From: Balanoglossus misakiensis
Taxonomy: Eukaryota > Animalia > Hemichordata
Length of the DNA stretch: 64,000 bases
Reading direction: 5' to 3'
Assembly (NCBI GenBank): GCA_040954595.2
Contig: CM082577.2
Coordinates: forward strand, 5,878,301-5,942,300
Positions 52,901 to 64,000 of the stretch are shown in pieces. Position numbers and translations under genes: made by a program. How positions within the stretch are numbered: the stretch's first letter is position 1; every line of letters starts with the position of its first letter. Below the pieces are notes generated by a model. That model was given only the letters and a program-made list of their open reading frames with translations. It was not told the DNA's origin and did not search any database.

Positions 52901-54291
52901 TGTGTATAGGGAGTAAGCTGAATTTTCCTGCGACGGCATGATTTCACTGTCAACTGGTTGTTCCGGGCGCACATTGCACAATCAGAGCGTACGACTCGTG
53001 GGGACAGTTGCAACGCCAGAACACTTGTCCCTGGGAATAACTTAAGATTATTGTCCAGTGATTGTAAGGTCTTCGGTAATTGCCATTGCTGATCGAGAGA
53101 ATCGGGGCATCAGCCGCAGTTTTGCAAGAGCCCTCCCAGAGGACGCCATATTACGTTTGGATACGGTCGTGTCAGTTTCGAAGCCGGTTAACGTTGGTTG
53201 GTTCATCGACCGAAGAGCGAGAATTTCCGCTCTGCGGTCTGACGTTGTGTTAGAAGTTGATTCGAGAATAAATTGACAACACGTTGTATCACTGCCTCGG
53301 CCGATGACCGTCTTATGCGCATGTGCGCAATTTAGTGTGTACAAACATGACGTCCAATCCCAATGGTTCGTGGCTGATGACGCCCAAGTGAAATCCTACT
53401 ATTTCTGGACATTGGCCGAATTCGTTTTTTTTTGCCGTGACCACTGTGGTCTTGAAAATAAAATTGTGCTTGATGGAGCGCCTAATATCTATTCCAACCA
53501 TCACCACTTTCCACTGACACAAGGTTATAAATTTAGGCCTATCGTGAAAAATGTTTTACAGTGTGAGGCTGAAAACTAATAGCGCGCAAGTATCGTCTGA
53601 CCAAAGTACATTGTACTTGATATCACGTCACCAAAGTCACAAAACGCGCGGGAAATGTGTAAAGAACAGTCTGCGCAATTCTCCCTCCTGTCCATTGTGC
53701 AGTTCGAATAAAAAAAGAAGTACGTCAAAAGCATTGTTAAAATCATAAAATATTTATGCATGACATTAGTGTGACATTAATATCGTTAATAATTCAAAAA
53801 CTGTAATTGCACGAAACCATAGTAATAGGCTTAAGATTATATCTGTATTACCAATAACCTAGTAATCGCCGGGAGCCAATTATCAAGATCCAGTCGGACC
53901 CTCGGGGCAGATCAACGCTCACAGGTCAAGCATAGAAAGGTGGATGTGCATGCTTACGCCTTATACGCATTGATCCTAGATACATTACAAAATTATCCAT
54001 AATATAGTTGGGGCGGTGGAGGGACAGGAGACAGGTGAAATATTTTCAACGTTTTGTAAAACGTGAACAAGCGATCGCGAGAGACCAAACACGTTCTCAT
54101 CAGAACCATCAAAGAGACACCTGTTGATTTGCGTGACTATTACCGCCGCATGGACAACATGATTGCGCGTGTGTACATGTATGTCATGCCAGAATGACCC
54201 CCGAATCCCCTCTTTAATACCCGGGGCGTTTTGCTTGAATCAAACGCGCATTAGTGATGACGACTGCTTTCAAGAACGAGTCACTAGTATG

Positions 54292-54292
<1 letters not shown>

Positions 54293-54390
<98 letters not shown>

Positions 54391-54441
54391 CCCCTCTCTC
54401 TCTCTCTCTCTCACTCTATCCCCCCTCTCGCTCTCTCGCTC
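54293..54441. repeat. (TC)n microsatellite
   Basis: Long perfect TC run with a degenerate tail. Confidence 0.95.
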
Positions 54442-54895
54442 TGCCCAATGCTTAAAGTACGCATAACCTCGTTTATTAGCAAACGAGGGGATGACTGTGA
54501 ACGCAGGCAAATCATGCAAATAGGAAGGAAACGCGCTGACGCAATCACCGTCTTGCAAAATGGTAGGTGGCTATGACGATTGCACCGCGCGCACGCAATG
54601 CATTATTGATGTGTTCCGAGACAGTGATATATATGAAACTAAAACCGTACTTGGCTTCTGAATGTCAAAATACGATTCTGCTTTGTATGTGCACCATAAA
54701 TTATTCATAGGGACTAGTTCGATTTTGGAAATTGTGCCGCTGGGATAGTGGTTTTGGTCTTCTTAAATACGTTAGCGCGTGTTTTGCAGATCTGCCTGAA
54801 AAACATATTGAACGCCCTTACCGGAAAACGTAAAAACAACTATCTGACGTCGTTGATGAAAATTCTGCTTCCGAGTTTCTCAGCCCCTAACTTAT

Positions 54896-55064
<169 letters not shown>

Positions 55065-58000
55065 GTTCTCTCTCTTTCCTCTCCCTTTCTTTCTCGACGC
55101 GCGCCGTGGTTTCCAAGCGCATATGATTGTCGCTTTAATTATGCATGAAGTAAAAAGCGTGTCACGATGAGATTATGACATTCATCCTGTGTTGGCGTAC
55201 TGACACATCTTGTCCGTACACAAATGATGCGAGAGGGTGTACGTCCAGGCTATCACATAGCTTGTCTATAGTAGTAGCAACCACAAAGTCTATACACTCG
55301 ACACACTAATTAACGATTCACTCCAGGTAACACAGACATGCAAATCGGATAGCCTCTATTTAAATGGATGTAAAATGGACAGATGTAATATTTTATCTCT
55401 GATTTATTCGACGGGAAGAATAATCCCTATCCATTTGTTTAGAAGAAGTTGTTTGTCCAGAAGAAGGGTTTTCGCTGCCAAATGAAACCTGGCTTTTGTG
55501 CGTCTAAAAAGGGTGGCGGTTACCACGGGCAACTGTGCGTAGAGTACACACGAGCATGTACGGAATTACTTCCGCTCCGCGCCGGTAAAAAACATTTGGG
55601 GCTGTATCAATATACATTACATTTAGTCCTTGATCGGATTTTGCTAAAAGCATTTGATCTTGAGTTGTTTGTGGACGACGTCAAGGGCAGTTCTCTAGCA
55701 TTGTGGCAGTCCATTCCGCCATTCCGAGTGAGTATAAATTTAATCTCGGACAAAAGCTGGAAAATTAGGAGCGGAATTTGCGCCAGACAAAAGATCCATT
55801 GAATGAATTTCCGGCGCCGGTTTGATGGTAGCGTTAGCTGTTTAGTGTTCAGTTTGAAAAACTGAAAGCAAAGTTTTGAAGAAACAAATATCGTGATTAT
55901 TGTGTTCATATAATAACACATCGACTGTACGTATACGTATTGATTTCGGCGTACAGAGCTGATGTTACCTTGGGCGGTTCCATTTCCAGAGAAGGGGGTG
56001 GCGGAAGATAGCGGGATTGTTCCCTCCTCTCTATCAGACACGATTTTCGTTGAAAATATGTAAAAAAAAATATGACGTGGCACACTGGCCATTTCTAGCA
56101 GTGTAGACATACAGACGCAACATCTCCTGAGTTCCATTCGAGGTATTGGACCATTCGGTAGTTATCATATGTAAGCGACTCTGTAAAAACGGGGTTCGCA
56201 AACCCCGGAGAAAAATGGTGCGACCCAGACAACTGAAAAGATCTCTCGTCGTACACTGCATAAACCAGTATTTCAACTCAGGCACACGTCAGACTCCGGT
56301 CAGTCGTACACACTACATCGGGAGACGACTGTTTGGCAGTAGGGTCTGTCGAAATTGTTTGTTTTCATCGTTAATGTCAGCCGTTTGGCGGGACAGTTCT
56401 TGTTTGGTTCCATCCCGGGTCTGTTGGACAAGGTGAGAAAATTCAATGAATTTATCATACAGTTCGTTGCGCCATTGAACGGCCAGGGTCATAGAAACAG
56501 TACAATTAGATTAGGACTCGACTGAGGTAAGCTCTTGACACTGTTTAGTAGTGTATATGTGATTCAGACGCTTTCAGCATGAAGTGGACGTTACTAACAC
56601 ATCCATGGTAACGCGTGGCGGCTTTGGAAATGAACCGATGGGTTCGCGTCGGTGTCTGGCGACGGAAGCCTCGTCAAAGCTGTAACTTTAATATTCAGAA
56701 TATTCAATGGACGGCGGCTTTCGACGCCGTGTGCGCGGTGTGTCGTGTTGTTTTTAAGCAGTTTGCGTGTATAAAGAGGGATTTCAATCGCGAACGGACC
56801 GTTTCCGTCCGGTCTAAGTCATGCAATTATGTATTGTTCGATGCTCAGTAGCTCGGTTGTTCTCGTTACCTGGCAAGTAAGACGCATTTCTCCCCAGGAA
56901 TGCCACCAGGCTAGCAACATCCCAACTCTCGCACGCGACTGTCTTGAATTCAAGTCCGGACTAGAATTAATTTGTCAACAATATCAATGGCTGTACCGCA
57001 CACACACACACACGGGCTATGTTGACAAGCGGAGTACTGGGTATATTAGCATGCTGTTTGGAGTAGAACAAGGAACTGAAAATAAAGCCAAAAGTTAAAG
57101 CTGAAGTCCCCTTCAGAAAAGCTTAGTACGCTACTGCGCGATTACAGCGGTGCCCGTGGTTAGAAGCGACTTGGAAATAAACTTCAAGATAGCGAGATTT
57201 CCCTGGCAGGTGCGGCGCGCGCACTTATGCTAAATTTTACCGCGGAGTCTCCCCGGCCCAATGGTGTAGAATTTGATGTGAAGGTCGATGGTATTGATAA
57301 GTGAGTTTCATTATCAGTTATATAACGCGTATATACGTGTGTCTGCGTATATCAGCTCCGAAGCACGTTTTCCAGATCGGCTGAGAAAGATGCAGAAGGC
57401 CATGAAGACATGCCGGCACGTCTTCTGCGCAAAGCCTCGATATATCATTATATTTGTAGCGCCGTACACATGTCATGGTGTCACATATCAAACGCAAAAA
57501 GCTGCTCAAATGTAACTGCATAATAAATGAAGTTTTGGAGAAACCATGACTCAGGGGTGTAGCGTCATCCGATGTCTTCGTAATTCACCGCATGCAGACT
57601 ATCACCATACTCAGGCTGCTGGCTAACATCTTTCGACTGGAGCTTCTACAGAGAATACTAATATTACCAACGCATATAGATGATCATTTTGGATAACAAC
57701 TTTGAAAAATAGCACATATTTCACACGTCAGTTCAATTCAACCTCGATCAATATCGCCCATTCTGTGAAAACTCTATCTTACTGCAGCAAGGCGGAGTAT
57801 GCTGTGTATAATCTTGTTGTGTGGGTTTCTTTTCTGCACGACATGCCCGAGGTGTCTGCGAATCTCGATTTGAAATGTATAGCGTTAGATACATGATCAT
57901 TGATAGCGCAGGAGTATGAGAATACTGAGCCAGCAGTAATATATGATGACGTAAATCTTTAATTTGAACCGAAAAAACGCGGGGAGAATGCGCGACGACG

Positions 58001-58450
58001 TCAACACTGCAGAAAGCGCTTGACTTGTGTATTGCACACTTACAGTCTCGCCCCAAAGCTCGGGTTAGTTAAATTTGAAGTGTGTGCAATCTTGTGTTTA
58101 CGGCTTCTTCACGGGTCCACTGATAGTTACAATTACTGACCTAGAAAATGTACCCGGCTGCCGTCGACAAGAGTGCTCATGGACGTGTACATGCAAAGTG
58201 TATATTAGCGAGAAAACTATTGGCACGCGCTGTACGTCGACCGACTTTGTCAAACGGAGGCAGCCGACCGAATAATAGTATGCAGTCAAGCTGTAGAATG
58301 CGTGTTGCAGAAATATTCAATTGTGCATCGTGTCACGCAAATAGATATGGTACACACCTGTTGTGTGGTTTGGCGATAGAGACAGACATGCGAACAGATA
58401 GACACACCAGAGGTAGTAGAAAGGGACGGGCAGGCAGGCATGAGAGAGAG

Positions 58451-58594
58451 TAGACTCTCTCACAGCCCCTTTCGTCGTCCATGCAGGCTTATGGACTGAT
58501 TGCACAACACCATATGGGGCTTCTCCTTTGCTAAACAGTTGAGGGCGCATCAGTGAAGAGCCTTGTAGCGAACCGTGGGCTGTGGGAGTGTCTA
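58451..58594. mobile_element. MITE, 144 bp, second copy in opposite orientation
   Basis: TIRs TAGACTCTCTCACAGCCC / GGGCTGTGGGAGTGTCTA; flanked by GAGAGAGAG on both sides. Internal sequence is the reverse complement of 49076-49211 with an 8-bp indel and a few substitutions. Confidence 0.88.
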
Positions 58595-59104
58595 GAGAGA
58601 GAGAGACACACAGCAGAGGCAGACAGACAGATTGTCACATAAAGACAACTATTCTGTATAGGCCTTATTTAAAAAATGAATAAAAAAATCGATTTCGGGC
58701 GGGGATGTGGCAGGTTTGGAAATAAATTGTTGGCATCGAATGTCTGCTGCGCGACCATATTGGATTGCCTCACCAAACATTCATATGAATACAATGTACA
58801 TGTACAACGAAACTGGGTCCGCCTAACTCTACAGTAATGGCCCCAGGATGTGAAAAATTTAGCTGGTTACCAGGACCTATAAAGGTCCGTATTTGGAAGA
58901 CAAGTTGGCGTGCACGTCAGTGCAAGGCTTATGTTACCAAACTTGTCCCTGTGCTGTTTGAACACAGCCGTACAAAGAGGTGTGACCGTGCACGAGCAAG
59001 TGTTGCCCCTTAAGTACGACCCCGCCACACAGAGACCGTGACAGCAGGGTTATCCAATACTTGTCAAAACGCTTTTACTTAAAAACCTAATGGATCCCTG
59101 TTAC

Positions 59105-59146
59105 ATATTCTAGTCAGCATTTTAGATATTCTAGTCAGCATTTTAG
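59105..59146. repeat. Perfect 21-bp tandem duplication
   Basis: ATATTCTAGTCAGCATTTTAG x2. Confidence 0.85.
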
Positions 59147-62100
59147 ATCGGATAAAAGATTAATCTGATCAAGGTTTGTGAGTAATTTCTTTCCACGGCG
59201 AGACGTTAAATAGGCACCGTTTCGGTTTTCTGTCGTACTTTGTGCAGGTCTGGCCAACTAAGTCAAAAATAGTGCGATTTGTTGACTAAGGATAAGGAGA
59301 AGATTTAAATATTTTATCAATTAAAGATATAGTAAAAGTGGAAACAATTTGGGCTTTAAACCTGAATCCTAATTCGCTAAGCACCAGTACAATGTATACC
59401 AAAGCTTGGCCAACCTTTTAGCCTAGTACAGGTATATCGACGTGTTTTTGCTCAACAGCAAACAAGCTAAACAAATTAAGTCACAAGAGAAGAAGCTTCT
59501 GACTCAAGTCAAATAAAAAACAATCAATTATTTGTCAGCTACACGAACCTTTCTGATAGGTGAAGTTTTCACCGAAAAATTAACGCTTTTCCTTCCCCCG
59601 AATCCCCAACCTAAACCGGTTCCAGGATGTGCCATTGGCGATAATATCACTAGAATGAAATTCGATACTTGTTTAATGCGACAAAAGGTCGAAAAAATAT
59701 GGATGAAACTAGGACGGGTTCAATAAATGTAAGTTTTGTTAGATGGTCGCTGCAGGGTATGCAAGCGTTTCCGGGGTCTCTATTTACACATTATGCTCCG
59801 TTTGTTCCACAACATGGCGGGGGACACTCACTTAACGACAGGGAACCTCGCTGTGAGATTATGGCGGGTAAAAGAGTCGCTGAACGACTGCAGAATGGGA
59901 AAACTAACACTGGCGTCGTCTGCCCTCCCGTTGACCCGCGCGCGCTTTTTATCAGAAGTTACCGATGCTGCTCGTGTCTGGTTTTAATCGTTACCTGTAT
60001 CAATACACTCAGCAGTTGGTACCCTTCAGCTCAACCATTCTGAACTCGTGCGCCATTGCCCTTTCCCGCCAAAACGTCCTTGTCGGCTTTGCTAAAATGA
60101 TATTGAATGATTTTGCGTATTTTTTGGTTTGTTTCATACGCACCATTTCACATTCGTAACAAATTTGTCAATTCTTGGTAACTTTTCACAAAAGTGTATA
60201 ACACGGTCTAAACATTGTGCTTCATCCACCACATATTCAAATTGTACTTGTCACTTTTAAAGCAACCGTGTTTTTGTCACACTGTAGACTTTCAAACACA
60301 AATAGATAGTGCGTGATATGATTCTTGTAAACCTGACAGAAGACTGATTTCATTCCACCATGATTTCCTCCTATGGTCCTATATCTGTGCAATGCGGGGA
60401 CTGTGTCATTGACAATAACCCATCATTTGTATAATATCCACAAAAGATAACTGTTCAAATATTCTTTTATTGAAGCTGTAACCGGACAATAACCGACCAA
60501 TTTTAACAAACATCCAACAATGTCTATTCGACTTGGCTGCGAGAAATGCGATGATTGATCGGCGCCGAGGCGTCGTATGTCGAACCTACCGCTGTTGCGA
60601 CGATCGGCTGACGAAATATGTTTAATTTACGACTATCGAAATAACAACAAATGCTTCATAGTTAGTCTTAATGGGAGCGCCATATTGTCGAGTTTGGCGC
60701 GTATTTGAAGAAGAGGAGAAGACATACGTCACGAGTATGAGCACAAGCGGGGTTGGCCATTCTTCACGTGTTGTGAAGGTGATGCATGCAAGACACGGTT
60801 AATTTAATAGTCTGAGACGATCTATATATGAACTTATCTTTCTTCCCAAACTAACTTATCTTGGGTGAAAACATCTGATTCATTCGAGCATCCAATTGTT
60901 TTCATTGTGCCAACACATTTGCTTTGGCGCGAACGGAGAGTGTGCAGAAGTGAAAGGGCGCCAACGTCAATGAATAATTTGTCGGCCGGAAATATGTAAA
61001 CCGTCCACAAACGCATATGTGGGGCACAGCGGCCTTTTTCTTCTACAGCATGTACAGTCTAGTGTAACTTCTAAGTCTTGTTTTTTTAGGTAGCGACAGT
61101 TGATTAGTGTCATGAAACCTCGCTGGGTGTGCTTTCTCCTTATTTTCGCGCTTTTTGGGTTCACGCTGAGGTCATGTCATGTCGCGTCCTTGTCCTCACT
61201 GAGAGGTAAATTTCAGTACATTCCAAAATATGGCTGCCATTGCATGCTCGTTGTTAATATTTGAGATACGGCAAATTTGCTACTTTAATATTAAATAGTG
61301 CAGTAGGCTAACTTGCATGCATGTCATCTTACTTTTACCATACCTTAGTACAATGTACAATCAAAACACACGCAAAGACACATCGCGAGTTCGGTCGAAT
61401 AATTATCAATTATGGTCTAATTGCAATAATTCATCATATTTGTAAATGGGTTAATGGTTTGTATGTCACCGCCACCAAACTGTTACTGTAGTCATATGTC
61501 ATAATGATTAGAGAAGTGTCCAATTTGAGTGAGTAATTCTCCGGATATTGCCCATAGCCTAAAGTCATTAACCAGCAAATTACTCCTTATTGTGCAAGCT
61601 ATTCAAATTAAAACAAATCTGATCCATCATGGATACATTGTGTTAAAACTGCTGGCCCATTTTCACCTTAGCTAATAAAACATTTATATTTGAAAATCTA
61701 AATTTTTCCAAACCTCTCAAATATTGTTTTCCCCCTCATAGTTCTGTTGGCGTTTTTATGAGCATAACATTCGGGTTCGTTACCGTGTTGTAGCTTGCTG
61801 TGCTTTATTGTTGTTTGCGCAGTACATTTCTTGATTTATTCTATCGAACAAGGATAGAATTCACAAAGGCCAAGATTACAGCTCCCTTCGCGCGTACAAA
61901 CTGCAGTAAAAACTACTTCTGGTTTCACCGGGCGTACAATGTTTCTTTGATGGCGTCATCCAAAGATATAGGTTTGTTTATCATCCACTTGTGAGGTTAT
62001 ATGATTTTTGGGAGTGTATATCAGTCTCTTCTCTGCCATAAATCACCATAGGTTGGCGTTTGAGTGTACCGCATCATGGTAACATGTACAATGATTTTAA

Positions 62101-62327
62101 CTTCAAACTGTATGTGGTTATTAAAATCCCTCGTAAAGGCGCACGCCGTTGCCCGGAACGTACGTGAGAGCGCACGCTTGGGATGCGTCCCGGTGTTAAC
62201 ACCGGCACACACATGCGGCGCTCGTGCGATCACCCCGACCTCTGTGACCCTCGTTCGTCTTGAAGTTGTTTATCAGCATTTTCATGTTTATTTTGTGTGC
62301 GATACCTGATTTTATTTAATAATGCCA

Positions 62328-62348
62328 GGTAGGTAGGTAGGTAGGTAG
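62328..62348. repeat. (GGTA)n microsatellite
   Basis: About 5 units. Confidence 0.75.
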
Positions 62349-63421
62349 GGTAAAGAAAAGTATAATGTATTCGTTTAATGATAACCCATTTCAAAACCGC
62401 CAGTGTGCGTATATTGTCGATGATGACTTCTATTTCTTTTTTCATATTTATTTCTAGGCTTTGAGGTGCGAGCGGCACACCTGGTGAGTCCATTGTTATT
62501 ATATACACCAGGTGCCTTCTACGAATCGTTGTCTTGCGGCGATGATGTTTTTGTGACTGATCCCCCTGCGGTACCATCCATCAACCCATCCACGTGAGCA
62601 GTCACCGCCCTCTGGCACTGTCTATACGACAGTCAGCGAGTATCGCAGGAAAACTCAGTCACATACCCGCAGCTGTTCCCTTCACCGAACGCAGACGGCT
62701 TTTGTGAATCTCCGCGGGCGCGGAAGCTCCTTGTGTTAAAAAAAAACCCACTGAAAACACTCCTTTCAAATAATTTGTGGTTTGCAGTACGTGACGTCGT
62801 CGTCGAAGCGTGTGCACGCCGTCATTTGGGATAACGTAATCGTCTTGCACGTTGAGAATTATTCGAAAGCTTTTGTATACAGCAAACGTATACAAATCTG
62901 CCGTTGCGCTTAATTGTGGCACTAATACACGGGCGCGTGCAGATTAATTAGAGAGGGAGATCCGGGTCATTGTTACCTGGACTTGACCACCATTGTCGTT
63001 TGTGCAGAAAATTGGAATATGTGTTCGCGGGAATCACGTTGAATATTCATATGTTAATGTGCTCGACGCGAGAGGCAGTGACGCTGCAAATCAGGCTCAA
63101 TTGGTTGTAATGAACCGATCTCGTCGAGTAGGCTTTCAAAGAGAGAGAGGAGCTCCTGGATTTGCAAGCGCACCCACACAGCGGGCAACGTACGGGTCGA
63201 CTCCGTGTGCGAGACTACAGCCGCCAAAGCAGAGCGCCGACCGTCGAACTCAACCACCGCGCGCCTAAAATTCTAATAATTTATACGATGTCCGCATGTC
63301 ACGTTTAGGAGGCGTCCGTTATTAGTATCAACCAACCACGAGAACTGGTACGACACCGTTTTCCTAATAGCCCTCGGCAGCCAGTTCGGTCGGATTCTAC
63401 TCCCCCGGTATCAATTCAACG

Positions 63422-64000
63422 ATGGGCGATTCGGACCTGAGACATCGTTTGGTGGTGCTGGGCGCGGGGAAAGTTGGAAAGAGTTCGATCATCGCCAGGT
63501 TTTTACAGGCGCATTTCACCGACAAGTACAAGGAAACAATAGAGGATCTGCACTGCCGTGAGTACGACATTAACGGCAGTGTTATTAAGGTGGATATCCT
63601 GGATACGGCCGGCTCCCAGGCGTTTCCAGCCATGAGAAGACTTTCGATTTCCACCGCGCATGCGTTTCTGCTCGTCTACAGCATCGACGACAAGGATTCC
63701 TTCGATGAAGTCAAGCAGATTTATGAGCAGATCCGTGAACAGAAATCGAATTACCAAGAGATTCCATTAGTCGTGGTGGGGAATAAAATGGATTTGAGCC
63801 TGGACCGACAGGTTGAAAAGACCGACGTGGAGGAGCACATAGCCCAGCAGAACTGGCACGGTTCCTTCATAGAGGTGTCCGCCAAGACCAACTCGAACAT
63901 TCTGGACATTTTCCAAAAGCTGCTGCACCAGGCCAACATACCGGCGGCCCGACAGCTGAGCCCCATACTCAGGCGGCGGATGAGCGAGCGCACGAAGACC
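63422..64000 (+). CDS. Ras-family small GTPase, RASD (Dexras1/Rhes)/Di-Ras-like; 3'-partial
   Basis: Open frame from ATG 63422 to window end (193 codons): MGDSDLRHRLVVLGAGKVGKSSIIARFLQAHFTDKYKETIEDLHCREYDINGSVIKVDILDTAGSQAFPAMRRLSISTAHAFLLVYSIDD...PLVVVGNKMD...FIEVSAK. G1-G5 boxes present; FPAMRRLSI and TIED are typical of the RASD/Di-Ras group. Confidence 0.93.
   Translation, partial: MGDSDLRHRLVVLGAGKVGKSSIIARFLQAHFTDKYKETIEDLHCREYDINGSVIKVDILDTAGSQAFPAMRRLSISTAHAFLLVYSIDDKDSFDEVKQIYEQIREQKSNYQEIPLVVVGNKMDLSLDRQVEKTDVEEHIAQQNWHGSFIEVSAKTNSNILDIFQKLLHQANIPAARQLSPILRRRMSERTKT

Overview
Eukaryotic animal genomic DNA with GT-AG introns and microsatellites; the repeat landscape suggests a marine invertebrate, possibly a deuterostome (inference only). 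Left third: a complete 26-coding-exon CEP112 gene (minus strand, CDS 13263->3212, 990 aa by my manual splicing), head-to-head with a 7-exon peflin/penta-EF-hand gene (plus, 15943->18336, 300 aa), followed by a tRNA-Leu(AAG) at 20499-20580. The window ends inside a RASD/Rhes/Di-Ras-like small GTPase ORF (63422->end, uninterrupted here and absent from the ORF track). The ~43 kb between the tRNA and the GTPase has no recognisable protein gene. It contains several MITEs (two families with 9-bp TSDs), many RFX X-box-like motifs, two orphan promoter-like clusters and a 12.6 kb satellite of 87/88-bp quasi-palindromic monomers. The satellite is the most unusual structure. A very homogeneous core with higher-order duplications sits abruptly, at a shared 20-bp dyad, inside an older alternating-dimer array, which itself seems to be the internal repeat region of a HINE/DINE-like (Helentron-associated) non-autonomous element. 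I found no convincing new protein-coding system; all counts are by eye and no searches were run.
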